DNA of 62,989 bases, counting the filler, from Aduncisulcus paluster (lineage: Eukaryota): NCBI GenBank assembly GCA_024181965.1. It is 5 parts of 5 records of this genome, joined end to end, with 100 filler letters (N's around TTAATTAATTAA, not from the genome) between each part and the next. Parts side by side here need not be neighbours in the genome. Positions count along the whole stretch, not along the records: positions 21,435 to 36,171 come from BQXS01012556.1; 4 more parts are not named here. One strand, 5' to 3'. The notes below the pieces were generated by a model that saw only the letters and a list, made by a program, of their open reading frames with translations, was not told the DNA's origin and did no database searches. Positions 22,838-34,348 of the stretch are shown here, in pieces. Numbering within the stretch: the first letter of the stretch is position 1; each line of letters starts with the position of its first letter. Made by a program: the position numbers and the translations under genes.

Positions 22838-24973
22838 ATGTCTGATTTATACAGCAAAATATTGGTTGTGAATGGTCTCCCGGCTGTGACTGATGCCACA
22901 AAGTTTATGAAGCTTAAGAAAGTAGTGTTCGACCAACTTCTAAAAGATCGAGAGGTATATCCAGAGACATATAACATGCCTTTTTTGAAAAAGGGAGCTT
23001 CTTTCAAGTCTTTTGGTATTTTTGTGATTGAATTCAAAACTGTTGCCGCTGCTAAACGTGCTCAAGCTGAGCTTCATCAAAAAGTATTCCTTGGTAATAT
23101 TACTTTGAATGCTTCACTTAGAAAGGACTATTTTGAAACTAAAGATACTCCAGATGAGGTTCCTCCTTTTGATCATACCGAATATTCAGCTCCTGCTCCT
23201 TTCGATTGGTTGTTGGACCAGCGTGCAAGGTCAATGTTTTTTGCTCACGCCAAAACAACATTATCCCTTGCTTATTATGATCCTTCGAGACAGGTTGAGC
23301 TCCAGAAGAGGCTTCCTCTTGATAGTCATTCCAACTTACGTGTTGGATGGACCCCTCGAGGAAGATATTTATATGAGATTCAAGAAAATGCTTTAGCTCT
23401 TCGTAATGGCGATGATTTTAGTATTTCCCACTTCCTCGAACATCCTGATTTGAAATATGGTGAATTCTCTCCTGATGAACGTTTTGCTTGCACTGTGACC
23501 GATCCTTGTCTTAAAAATGCTCTTGCTTGCATTTGGGATGTTGAATTTGGTCATATGTTGAAGCAAATTCCATTGTGTTACCTTGATCCTCGGAAAGGTG
23601 ATGTTCCTTTCTCAAAAATCTCTTTCAGCGCCAATGGGCGTTTCTTTAGCCGGTTTTTGGAAGATTCCCATCTTGAAATTTATGAAATCAAAGGTGGAGA
23701 AAACGCTTTGATTGCCAGGATTGAACAGGAAAAAGGAAAGAAAGCTAGACAAGAATTTATTGACCAATCCTTTTTCCACCATAGACTCCCTCATGAAGTT
23801 CCTCTGTGTGCCGTCAAGGATGCCGATATTGTTAAACTTCCCAAGTTAAAGGTTGTATCTTGGTCTCCTTGTGGAAATATTATGCTTACATTCCAGAACT
23901 CGAACGGATCCCTGCCTGCCTCCTTTACTTTCCATAATTGGGCTAAGAGAGAGCAAAAGGAAAGGAGATTCGCCATGAGAAACGTTGCCAAGGTTATCTC
24001 TGATCCTGATAAGCCAGTGCGTATATTCTGGCACCCGAGTGGAGAGTTCTGTGTTGCTCACCTCTATCGTACGGGAGAACGCAAGGATGATGTTCTCCAG
24101 ACCTTGCTCGTGTTCCGCATTCAGAAACGCACAGTTGACCAGGAAATGATTGAATTCTATAGCACCAAGGAGGCATTTGATCTCTCCAAGGGAAAATCTG
24201 ACAATCTGGTTGTTGCCAAGGCAAAGACAAGGGGTAGGAGGAGGAAGAGGCAGCAGACTGTCTTCTTTGATAAACCTTCTCTCCTTGAAGACACTGTAAC
24301 TCTTGGTGGAGTGGCTGAGGAGGCCTTGAACATCTCCTTCTGTGCTTCTGAGCCCACCATGGCTGTGACAACCGATAAAGTCGTGCATTTCTATGATTTG
24401 GGAGACAAGAGTGAGGGGAAGACCAAATTCATTTCGGAGGTTGAGCTTCGTGGATGCTCTGCCGTCAAATTCTCCCCAGCTGGCCGTCACGTTGCTTTGA
24501 TTGACTCTAATAACGAGGGAATTTTATTCTATGATTTGAAAGACACCCGTCTCGGTGCTCGTGTCGATAACTTTGGCATGAAGAAGGCTGTATGGGATGA
24601 CACTGGTCGTTATCTTGCTTCATGGTGTCCTGAGGATGAATTCAGTCAACAACACATCATCATCATGTCTTATACCGGTTCTGAGTTGTATAATCAAACC
24701 GTCACATCTCTTCGGAACTTCCAATGGAGACCTGTTCCAAAGACTATGCTTTCTGACAAGGAACAACGGGATGCCTATGTTAGGCTGAAGAGTGTACATG
24801 AGAAATATTTGCGTGAGGATAAGATGGTTAGTGGATCTCGGCTCGACGCTGAATCAGCCAGAAGAGAGATTGAATGGGCCGATTGGGGCAAACATTTGGA
24901 GAAAATGGAGTACATGAAGAAGAAGTTTGCAGAGGAATATGCTAGACTTGAGGAGAGAGAGAAAATTAAGTAA
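22838..24973 (+). CDS. eIF3b: Translation initiation factor 3 subunit B
   Basis: N-terminal RRM (ILVVNGLP..KLKKV, GIFVIEF), WLLDQRAR, WD propeller (FWHPSG, WDDTGRY) and FQWRP motif. Confidence 0.92.
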   Translation: MSDLYSKILVVNGLPAVTDATKFMKLKKVVFDQLLKDREVYPETYNMPFLKKGASFKSFGIFVIEFKTVAAAKRAQAELHQKVFLGNITLNASLRKDYFETKDTPDEVPPFDHTEYSAPAPFDWLLDQRARSMFFAHAKTTLSLAYYDPSRQVELQKRLPLDSHSNLRVGWTPRGRYLYEIQENALALRNGDDFSISHFLEHPDLKYGEFSPDERFACTVTDPCLKNALACIWDVEFGHMLKQIPLCYLDPRKGDVPFSKISFSANGRFFSRFLEDSHLEIYEIKGGENALIARIEQEKGKKARQEFIDQSFFHHRLPHEVPLCAVKDADIVKLPKLKVVSWSPCGNIMLTFQNSNGSLPASFTFHNWAKREQKERRFAMRNVAKVISDPDKPVRIFWHPSGEFCVAHLYRTGERKDDVLQTLLVFRIQKRTVDQEMIEFYSTKEAFDLSKGKSDNLVVAKAKTRGRRRKRQQTVFFDKPSLLEDTVTLGGVAEEALNISFCASEPTMAVTTDKVVHFYDLGDKSEGKTKFISEVELRGCSAVKFSPAGRHVALIDSNNEGILFYDLKDTRLGARVDNFGMKKAVWDDTGRYLASWCPEDEFSQQHIIIMSYTGSELYNQTVTSLRNFQWRPVPKTMLSDKEQRDAYVRLKSVHEKYLREDKMVSGSRLDAESARREIEWADWGKHLEKMEYMKKKFAEEYARLEEREKIK

Positions 24974-25097
24974 GAATTCTGAAATAGAAAAGGAAATATT
25001 ATGCCTTGGGTGGCAAGATCTACAACAAGCCATTACCATGAAGTAAACAAAAATATTAATGGTTGGATCCGAAATTATATTTCATTTGGATTAAAAA

Positions 25098-27277
25098 ATG
25101 TTCCAATTTTTCAGTTCAAAACTGGAGGTTCTTCTCTCAAAAAAAAACAATTGGAAAGCTTTCATCTGTACAACCACAGCAAAATTAATCGGGGCGAAAA
25201 CAATGATATATCCTCCGAGTGAAGTTTGGGCACTTGTCAGAACGATCATTCTTATTGTTATACCCTCAGGATTATTTTCGGTGTTTGTGTATGTGAATTT
25301 TAAGAGTTGATTTGGTATTATGGTATTATATTTCTTTGTTCTGAATTAGTAATTTATTATTTATATTGTTTTTTTTTCTTTATCCCATTATTTCTTCTCT
25401 TTAGAGTGCCTGACCTGATTTCATGGCATCATGGAATTCTTTCAACCATAAATTATTTATTAATGATTTTAACAATCACATTTTTATTAATAACTGCCTA
25501 TATTGATCCTGGTGCCATCCCAAAACAATATATAGAAGAGAGGCATCAACAAGATCCTACAAAACCTGTTGAAGGATCTGTTAAAGCATATCACATTGAT
25601 CAATTGTGTCAAATGGTTAAAGAAGTGAAAGGAGAAAAGAATTTGATCAAAAATAAGAGAAAATTGAAGAAACGTCAACTCAAAGAAGCTCATATCATTC
25701 CTGGAATGTCTTATCCATCTATTACTGATGGTGATGAAGATTCAGATGAAGATATTGTTCTTGATCACCGCAAATCACAGACTGATGTCGATAAGAAGAC
25801 AAAAGAAGTATATAATCCATTCGAAGACGCCGAGAAATATCCCACGTGCACAAATATCTTTCCTCAGCGTGACAACGAACATAGAACACGCCAAGTTCAT
25901 ATATGTATCGGAAATATTCGCTTTGACCAGAATCTGTGTCGAACCTGTGGTCTTTATCGTCCCATTCGTTGTTCCCACTGTCGAACATGTAATCAATGTG
26001 TTATGCGGTTTGACCACCATTGTCCCTTCATTGGAAAATGCATTGGTCTTCGTAATTATAAATTCTTTATGTATCTGCTCTTTTCTGCCTCTGCTTTCGT
26101 TGTGTATACACTCAGTGTGACCATATATGCCTTTGTGAAAGGTATTGTTAAAGAATGCACGAGTCTTGATGCTACAGCCTCTCAGGCAGGCTGTGTGTTT
26201 GCTCACGGTTGGTCCCACATGATTATTATGATTATTATCCTTATTCTTATCCCCAATACCATTCTTCTTCTTATGTTCCATTTGAGCATTATCTTCAAGA
26301 ATAGGACGACCCATGAGGAACTGAGAGGAGTGTTTGAACTGAGGGAGAATCCCTTTGACCAAGGATCTTCTTGGAGGAACTTTAAAGCCATTGTATTTGG
26401 ATCCACTCCTCCTTCTCTCCTCACTCTTGATTCGGAGGATATCTTCGTTTCTTCAATGAGTTTGGTGGAACAGAGCAAAGATTATGTTGTTCATCAACAG
26501 CTTGACACTGAGGATTCCACTCAAAGCAGCACTTCAACCGATGAGGAACTCAGTCATCACAGCATTGAGACATCCTTTGGGGCTGACTATGACATTCCGA
26601 TGGGTCCTCAATCTCCCACCACATTGCAACCCCCTAGGCATGAGAGACGGTTGTCCTGCAGTCGAGATGAGGGTGATGACTCTGTTCCCAAGGATAGAAG
26701 TGGTTCAATTCCACCAATCTTACCTAGTGGTGGTGTACTCGCTATGTCTCCATTCGCAAATGTGGATGAACTTCCGCAACATCCAAGCAAGGAATCTTCA
26801 AAGATTGAAATGAAGGAGACGAGATCGAGGTCCCCTCCTTTGTCTCGAACTGAAGCTGCTTCTTCAGTTTCTAGCCGGAAATCACCGGTTGGCAAGAAAG
26901 AATCGAAAATTGTAGTTGAGGAGAAGAAAGTGAGAGAGGATGACAAAAAGAAGAAAAAGAAGAAGAGAGATGGTTTCCTTTCATTTATCACTGGGGCAGC
27001 TACTGGTGTTCGGAAAGAAAAGAGAGAAGAATTGAGAGAAAAGGGTAAGAAATACATGACAGTTCTTGATGAAGAAAAGAAGGTTGAAGAAGGGAAGAAA
27101 GAAAAGAAGGAGAAGAAAGAAAAGAAGGAAAAGAAAGATGCTGCCTCCGAGGAAAAACAAGATATTACGACTGTGGAGGAAGGTGATCCCTCCAGCATGA
27201 TCATTGGAATCGGCCTGGAGGAAGTAAGTATATCAGAAGGAAGTGAATTTGAAGAAAGCGAAAATGCTAATAAATAA
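25098..27277 (+). CDS. DHHC palmitoyl acyltransferase (exons 25098-25288 and 25405-27277)
   Basis: [49 protein letters not shown] and NPFDQG motifs. GTATGT..TTAG intron 25289-25404 splices in frame. Confidence 0.92.
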
Positions 27278-27484
27278 TAATAATTGATTGTTATTTCTGA
27301 TTTTAAGAATTCGAGGAATTCTACCTGGTTTTTCGTGATTGTCGTCATTAAAATTGGAAATAAATTTATAAAAGGAAATTTATTGAGATTTTCCGTGCTA
27401 TATCAAAGGATTACCTTTATAATATGGAGATATTCACAAATCGAAGTTTTCCTCCGTAAGGGATTAAGACATCGGAAATTAGCA

Positions 27485-28468
27485 ATGGAAATCGTAAAAT
27501 GTAAAAATATTTCCCATGATTTAATGAAAATTGATGGGGAGTGCTGCAAATTATCAATATCTAATGCTTCAGGTGTGATGCCAGGAATTTTCGTTGTATA
27601 CACTCAAGAAAATCTTGAAACTTTCTTGAAGAAGGATTCAAAAGATTGTGGAATTTGTTTTACGAGTATGACTGTTCCATTTCAATGCCCCCACATGATG
27701 TCTCATATTTCTATCTGTATTCCAATGGATGACAAAATTGACCAACTGTCGGTTTCATTTACTACAATTGATTTGTCAAACGAAATCACAGAAAAGGTTG
27801 TTACGTATTCTATTGATCCTGAGGATTGTTATCCATCCGAAGCTGATGAGAAAGAGGTTTCTGGGTCTGAAGATTCTGCGATATCAGAAGAAGAATCTCA
27901 TAAATCAACCAAAAAGGAGGATAAAGTATCGTGGTATTCTCTTGAAGTTGATTTTCCTGAGTTGGTGGTGAAGTGTGAATTGAAATCCGAGGAGCAAATT
28001 TGTGTCGAGAAAATTTTATTTTTGGTTGCGTCAGAAGAGGAAGACGCCTTTAAAAAGAAATATTCAAGGAAATTGCGTAGAGTTAATGAGCATTGGGAAT
28101 CAATTCTTCAGGAAATGGAGGAAGAGAGAAAGCCGAAAGAGGATCCAATTGAGGACAAGGATTCGAAATCAGAATCAACAAGCGAATATTCGACTTCAAG
28201 AGAAGCAGTAGAAAAACCAAAGCTAGTGGAAACAAAATCACCAGAAAAGGCTCCAAAATCTGAAGAGGAAAGTGAAAAAGTAGAGAAGAAACCAGAAATA
28301 TCTGAAGATAGTTCTCATAGTTCTGAAGGAAAAAAAGTTTCTGATTCAAAGAAACCAAAGAGAATTAAACAGGTTATTTCTACTGAAGAACATCCAAGAG
28401 AGCCAAGTTTCGATGCGGTGAAAAGGGTTGAAACTATGAAACCATCAGCTTGTTGTGTTATTGTATGA
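27485..28468 (+). CDS. Hypothetical prenylated protein (C-terminal CCVIV CaaX box)
   Basis: ATG at 27485. Beta-rich N-terminal domain, E/K/S-rich tail, ends KPSACCVIV-stop. Confidence 0.7.
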   Translation: MEIVKCKNISHDLMKIDGECCKLSISNASGVMPGIFVVYTQENLETFLKKDSKDCGICFTSMTVPFQCPHMMSHISICIPMDDKIDQLSVSFTTIDLSNEITEKVVTYSIDPEDCYPSEADEKEVSGSEDSAISEEESHKSTKKEDKVSWYSLEVDFPELVVKCELKSEEQICVEKILFLVASEEEDAFKKKYSRKLRRVNEHWESILQEMEEERKPKEDPIEDKDSKSESTSEYSTSREAVEKPKLVETKSPEKAPKSEEESEKVEKKPEISEDSSHSSEGKKVSDSKKPKRIKQVISTEEHPREPSFDAVKRVETMKPSACCVIV

Positions 28469-28756
28469 CTTGACCAGATTGTATATTTTGTATTTAACAC
28501 GTTATTCTGTCTTTTATTAAAATATGAAAATCTTAGGATTATATCTTTGGACATGATTGTCAAGCAAGGATATTTCCTTCAGACGAGAGGGACATATTTA
28601 GCATGATATCAATCGTTGTCAGCTATTATTTCCATTGGGGTTGTTTCAACCATAGAAATACTTGCTAAAAGTAGGATTAAAGTTGGTAGATTATTAATTT
28701 GTGTCGTTATACTGTACTCCTTGGAAGGTATTCTTTTCTTTTTGGCTCAAATCAGA

Positions 28757-29239
28757 TCAATAAATGTGATGTTGTATAACTATTAGATCTGTAACACAGA
28801 TTCTGTACCGATGATACTGGGTTGTGAGATGTTTCTCAATGAATGATCCAATTTTAGAAACATTCTCAGCATCCAGAGCAGCGTCCACTTCATCTAAAAT
28901 AAGGAACGGTGCAGGTTTGTATGAAAATAGAGCGAATAAGAATGCCAAACCGACAATACTCTGTTGACCCCCTGACAGTTCGGAAATCGCCCTAAATGAA
29001 TCATGTGGATGGATTACATTCAATTCCACATCGGGCATTTGATGCTCGTCTTCGCCTTCAATTGCACTGAGTTGAGCACTTCCACCACTCATCGCACTCA
29101 TGATGTTAGCAGTCAATCTACGATAAATCGAATGGAAAAACTTGGAAACCGTTTCGACACAACTCCCGAATAAACGTTCTCGCTTCTTCTTGATGTTGGT
29201 AAGTTCCACTTCCTGAGCTTTAATCTCCTTGCGCTTTAA
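28757..29239 (-). pseudogene. Isolated SMC (SMC1-like) C-terminal head fragment
   Basis: LSGGQQSIVGLAFLFALFSYKPAPFLILDEVDAALDAENV. In-frame TGA at 29242-29240 upstream, and no terminal QFIVIS strand seen. Confidence 0.75.
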
Positions 29240-30663
29240 TCACCTTTGTCATCGGGTGGAAGAGTCGTGTCACCGAGTATATCAATGAACAAAACCGATT
29301 CATCATCACATATTTCTGTATCAGCAGCAATCGATCTGACGCTCTCACTGGCATCAATTGAGAGACGTTCCATTGGAGGCCACTGTTTAAATACTTTATC
29401 TCGAACTAAAACATCACACACACTTCGATGAGAAGGATTTCCAGATAGCATGGATGCAAGGATGCGAGAGATGCTTTTCGGATACTTTGGAAGCATGGAA
29501 TGGATTGCTAAGGCAGTGTTTTGAGCAGGTATGTGACCAAGGGTTGGGAATGAAATCTTTCCCCAATCTGGGAGAGAGGTTAATTCGGGCCAATTGTGCC
29601 CATCCGGACATCCAATGAACTCCCATACGCGTGTAAGTTGCAACACATCCGTGGCTTCTTGTAATAATGGACTCTTCCCAATGGCAGCCTCCAATAGACA
29701 CAGTCCAAGGGCCCACACGTCAGCAGCGTAGGAATATGTGCGATCTCCAAGTAATATCTCAGGGGGACGATAAGCACGGGAGAAAGTAAAGGGAGACAGG
29801 GGACGATCGGAAGATATAGCACAAGAAAGGCCAAAATCACTGATATAACACTCTCCACAGAAAGATATGAGAATGTTCGAGGGTTTGATGTCTCTGTGAA
29901 TAATTTTGTTTCTTTTTAGATCCATTAGGGCCGAAATTAAGGAAAAGGCAACATTTTTCCAGGTGGATAAAGGTAAGGCCCCTTGGGTTTGAATTATTGA
30001 ATAGAGATTTTGGGGATAGAAAGGAAAAACTAAATATATATTATCGTTATGAATGAAAGCATCTAAGAGTTTCACACATCCCCTTATTCGGGAGACAGCT
30101 ACATGAATACAGACTTCCCGAACAGCGATAATATCTCCATTGAACCTAGAAAGTGGGATTTGTTTGATTGCAACTTGTTTCTCACTGCCATTAAGTTTAG
30201 CACCATGTGTATACTCATCTGGTTGGGAAAGGGCTATCGTCAACTCAGAAGCTGTGGGGGAAATAAACAAGGATGAAGATTTCTCACTTCTAAGGAAAGA
30301 TATACAACTTTCTGCTATTTTTTTCATTCTGGGAATGGAATAATCTGAATCTGATGGAATTGGGGGATTTGGAGTTGAACCAGTAGACGCACTGAGAGCC
30401 AGAGCATATTCTAATCGAGCTTCTCTTGGAACATGTGAATTGATAAAGTAATCAAAGTCTTTTTGTTTAATATATTTGAGAAATCTATTGGAAAATTCAA
30501 TATGTTGATGTGTAGAATTGGATTTCGTTTTCTGATGATTCTTTACACAATATGCCCGATAAACACTTCCAAATCCACCACTAGATATAAGAGATAAGTT
30601 TGCATATAAGGTACCCATCTCTTTGGCACCAAATCGACAAATATTTGGATATTTCATTTCCAT
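29236..30663 (-). CDS. CMGC kinase, CDK20/CCRK-like, with an insert between subdomains I and II
   Basis: SSGGFGSVY, VAIK, VREV, HRDIKPSN, DFG, YRPPEILLG and LPDWGKISF (CCRK-type). Confidence 0.8.
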   Translation of the reverse strand: MEMKYPNICRFGAKEMGTLYANLSLISSGGFGSVYRAYCVKNHQKTKSNSTHQHIEFSNRFLKYIKQKDFDYFINSHVPREARLEYALALSASTGSTPNPPIPSDSDYSIPRMKKIAESCISFLRSEKSSSLFISPTASELTIALSQPDEYTHGAKLNGSEKQVAIKQIPLSRFNGDIIAVREVCIHVAVSRIRGCVKLLDAFIHNDNIYLVFPFYPQNLYSIIQTQGALPLSTWKNVAFSLISALMDLKRNKIIHRDIKPSNILISFCGECYISDFGLSCAISSDRPLSPFTFSRAYRPPEILLGDRTYSYAADVWALGLCLLEAAIGKSPLLQEATDVLQLTRVWEFIGCPDGHNWPELTSLPDWGKISFPTLGHIPAQNTALAIHSMLPKYPKSISRILASMLSGNPSHRSVCDVLVRDKVFKQWPPMERLSIDASESVRSIAADTEICDDESVLFIDILGDTTLPPDDKGD

Positions 30664-31047
30664 CGAATTGAACGCATGATGGCTCTATGATTGAATTACT
30701 TTTGCAGGAAATTCAGGAAAAATTTAAAGAAATATTCAGCTTATGGTTGTAATTCCTGTTTTTCAAAGACTTTCAGCGATTTGATGTGATTTGTGTTACA
30801 GAAAGATCTTATTAGACAATAATATATGAGTGTTAGTGAACATTGTATGTTTTAATGATAAAATACTTTCTTTATATAAATGAATTTCGAACACATCAAA
30901 GATTAGTCTTATTTATTTCCTCTATGTTTGAATTGTTTAAAATCAATGACCATTACAACTTGAAATACAGCTGATAGTGATTTTTATAGATCAGAATCGC
31001 CATTTAATAATGACTTGCATCTCCCTCCAGCTCTAAGGAGAGCTTCA

Positions 31048-33480
31048 ATGTCTCGACCAAGAAGTGGGTCTTTGCCACCACAATTCCCGCCACGTAAGCC
31101 AAAAGATATAGAAATTCCTGGTATGCCATCTAATTCTTCTCTGGGATCTCATTCCTCACGAGGAAGAACTCGTTCCATGATGAATATTCCACCAGATATT
31201 CCAACTTTTCATTCATCGGCATCATCTGCATCATCTAGATTAGCACAAACAATGGCTAGACGGTCGACCGTTTCCTCTAAGGGGGCAGAAGATTTGTCCT
31301 TATCACATACCGATCTCGGAGATCTTGGAGATTCTCGGGAGGGATCCGGCGCTTGTTCTGCTCCAACATATTCCACTCCTGCATTTCATAGTGAAGAAGA
31401 ACATCCTCATAATGTTACCTCGCCTGAAATGACAATGCATAATAATCCCTTGATCGAACGAATGAAAGAAGAGACTTCTACCTCCGATGGGGTGGATAAA
31501 TCACATAAATTAAAGTATATTATTCCTCCTCTTGGAGAATATAGTGAAGATGATAGATTTTCGAGGGATTTTTCCGGAGCAGATCTTTTGGCTTCTATTG
31601 GGGATAAGAGTTTCTCGTCGGGGGGTCATTCTCTTCCTTCTGAACTTCCACCGGCCTCTCTACCTCCCCCATTCCTTCTCCCTGCATCATTACCACCCGC
31701 ATCATTACCGCCCTCTTCTCTCCCACCCTTATCTTTACCACCTTCTTCTCTCCCACCCTCTCTTCCGCCTCCCTCTCTTCCGCCTCCCTCTCTTCCGCCT
31801 CCCTCTCTTCCGCCTCCCTCTCTTCCGCCTTCATTCTTGCCACCATCTTCTCTTCCTCCCATGCATTTTGGAGAGTATGATCACGTTGAATCGAGTGATA
31901 GGGAAGAGTCAATAGAGTCGAGTACTACACGGGGAAACACATCCTCATCCGAGTTTAGGCGACACGTGGTCGAGGAGAGAAGCAAATATAAGGGCGAATC
32001 TGAGATGGGCCGTAAAGAATCTCCACGTCCCCCACCATCCCTCATGCTTCCTTCCTCTCTTCCTTCCTCTCTTCCTTCTTCTCTTCCTTCTTCTCTTCCT
32101 TCTTCTTTCCCTCCCTCTCTTCCACCTCCAGCACATCCTATTGGTCGTCTTCCTTCGGTTCCACCATCAATTGCTCCTTCGTCTGTCTCTTCTGGTCGAT
32201 CGTCGGTGTCATCTACCCCTATTTCCGAAGCAGCAATTCCAATGCTCTCGATATCTCTGCGTGCCAAGGATAATGAAGCAAGAGGAGATAGGCCCAATAC
32301 CAGACCTTTCCCATGGGTTAAGATTGCTGATAAACGTTGTATTGGTACATTTTGGGGAGTCGAGTGCACTGAGAAAGATCTCGATATCGATGAGGAGACG
32401 CTCTATTCGGAGTTTGCAAGGAAGAATGAACCTCCAAAAGATTCTGGCTCTGGTTCTAAGTCGATGAGTTCGAGTGAATCATCGGGATCGTTAAGGGCTC
32501 GCACAATTCCCAAGAGGATATCTCTCTTGTCTGTGAACCGTCAGCGAGGGATTATGGTTGCTTTGAGTAGTGTCAAAGTACCTGACGAATCTATTCATAA
32601 ATATCTGGCTTCGTTCGATGAGAGTGTGTTCTCTGCAGAAATGGTGAGTAGTCTTGTAAGGGAAGGACCGACAGAAGAAGAAATCATGGCCGTTCAGGCC
32701 TTTGATGGTGATATTCACACACTATCAAAGGCTGATAGATTCGTTTTACAGATTGGGGGAATTCCAATGATCGGTGCTAAACTTGCCTGTTGGAAATATA
32801 AATTAACCTTTGACAACGATATTAGGGATCTCCAACCAGTGACAACGATTACAAAGGCATTGAAATGCATCAGGGAATCTGAGAAATTCAAACATGTTCT
32901 TCGAAAGGTATTAAGTGTAGGAAATTGTTTGAATCGTGGGAGTTCTCGTGGAGGGGCATGGGGCTTTGATTTTGTTAAATCTTTCCCCAAACTCTTGGTT
33001 GTTCGTGGTGCTCATAAACAACCTTTACTGAAGGAGATTGTGGCTATGTTTAGAGTCGAAGATGAGAAACTTGGTGTTGCTGGTGCCCGTACACCTGCTT
33101 CTAACCAGTATCCTCTCCTTGGTATTGTTGAGGAGCTGTCCGTTGTGCAGGAGGCAGCCAAGTATGGTCTTAAGATGATGCTTGAGTACAAAAAGAATAT
33201 GGAGGAAGGATTTGATGATCTGAAGGAGACTGTGAGTGCTGTCAAAGAGGTCGTGAAAGGAGAAAAGGGGAAAGACCCATTCCTTGTGATGATAGAGCCA
33301 TTTATGCACCGAGCAGAGAGCGATATATCAACCATATCTCAGTGGTTTGTTGAAGCAAAAGAAGAACTCAAGAGGGTGATTAGATACTTCGGACTTGCTC
33401 ATTTGACCTCCTGTGATGAGATGATCACTGTTATGAACAATTTCTTGAAAGGAATTCAATCTTATATGAGCGAAGAATAG
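31048..33480 (+). CDS. Formin (FH1 + FH2)
   Basis: SLPPP/SLPS repeats, PFPWVKI..GTFW, RQRGIMVAL, PTEEE and LSVGNCLNRGSSRGGAWGF. Confidence 0.92.
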   Translation: MSRPRSGSLPPQFPPRKPKDIEIPGMPSNSSLGSHSSRGRTRSMMNIPPDIPTFHSSASSASSRLAQTMARRSTVSSKGAEDLSLSHTDLGDLGDSREGSGACSAPTYSTPAFHSEEEHPHNVTSPEMTMHNNPLIERMKEETSTSDGVDKSHKLKYIIPPLGEYSEDDRFSRDFSGADLLASIGDKSFSSGGHSLPSELPPASLPPPFLLPASLPPASLPPSSLPPLSLPPSSLPPSLPPPSLPPPSLPPPSLPPPSLPPSFLPPSSLPPMHFGEYDHVESSDREESIESSTTRGNTSSSEFRRHVVEERSKYKGESEMGRKESPRPPPSLMLPSSLPSSLPSSLPSSLPSSFPPSLPPPAHPIGRLPSVPPSIAPSSVSSGRSSVSSTPISEAAIPMLSISLRAKDNEARGDRPNTRPFPWVKIADKRCIGTFWGVECTEKDLDIDEETLYSEFARKNEPPKDSGSGSKSMSSSESSGSLRARTIPKRISLLSVNRQRGIMVALSSVKVPDESIHKYLASFDESVFSAEMVSSLVREGPTEEEIMAVQAFDGDIHTLSKADRFVLQIGGIPMIGAKLACWKYKLTFDNDIRDLQPVTTITKALKCIRESEKFKHVLRKVLSVGNCLNRGSSRGGAWGFDFVKSFPKLLVVRGAHKQPLLKEIVAMFRVEDEKLGVAGARTPASNQYPLLGIVEELSVVQEAAKYGLKMMLEYKKNMEEGFDDLKETVSAVKEVVKGEKGKDPFLVMIEPFMHRAESDISTISQWFVEAKEELKRVIRYFGLAHLTSCDEMITVMNNFLKGIQSYMSEE

Positions 33481-34348
33481 GGAGAAAATATCGCCACTAT
33501 AAAATTTATAAAATTTATATACTTTCAATTTACTATTCACCGTAATCTTTCCCCTTTTTGTTCGTTTGTCATTCGATTTTTTTTATTAGATATATTTTGA
33601 TATAATTATATTTGATATTTATTAAGTCTTTACAAAGTTTTACATCTATTATTCCAAATATCCATTCTTCTTTCCTCGTGATTTCATCTTTTCATAATTT
33701 CCATATTCATAGCCTTTCTAAATATTATTTTATTATAATAAGCGACTCTTTCTCTTCCTCTATTTTTCTAATGAATTGGTTTTTTTTAATATATTTGTTT
33801 TTTTGGATCTTTTTTTGGATTTTTTCTTTTTGTCTTGCTTATCCCTTTTTGCAAATCTTCATTTCAAAAATATTCACTTGCTTACGGTTGCAAAGGAAGA
33901 ATTTCATTGATTTGAGGACGTAATAAAAGAGTTTCAAAGAGTTTTGGGTGTAAGGTGCATCAGTGGCTTTATCTGTGGTTACTAATCAACCTTAGTAGTA
34001 TTCTTCGCCTTTCAAAAGTTTTCTCGAATTCTCCTCCCCATATTTATACGGATTACATTTTCAAGGTGGAAATACCAGGATATTAATAATATGATACCAC
34101 TGGGCCCAGTGGGATTAGGCCTCACATATCCCAACTCAACATCAAATTAAACAAATGGCATTATTGTATGAAGAAATTAAGTAAATTCAAATGATGTGGT
34201 AACAAAAAACAACCTGTTCTAGATCTACTCATTGATTGAATGGAATCCGACCAAATTGTAACAATAAATGTCCTATAAAGATATGATTTAATTTATTTTA
34301 AATATCTGAAAACATTTTGAATATTTTATATTATTTTGAGTAAGATTC

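Noticed and set aside
25001..25114. Extra 5' exon of the DHHC gene
   Set aside because: The GTAAAC..TCAG candidate intron does not restore the frame and lacks the GTAYGT donor.
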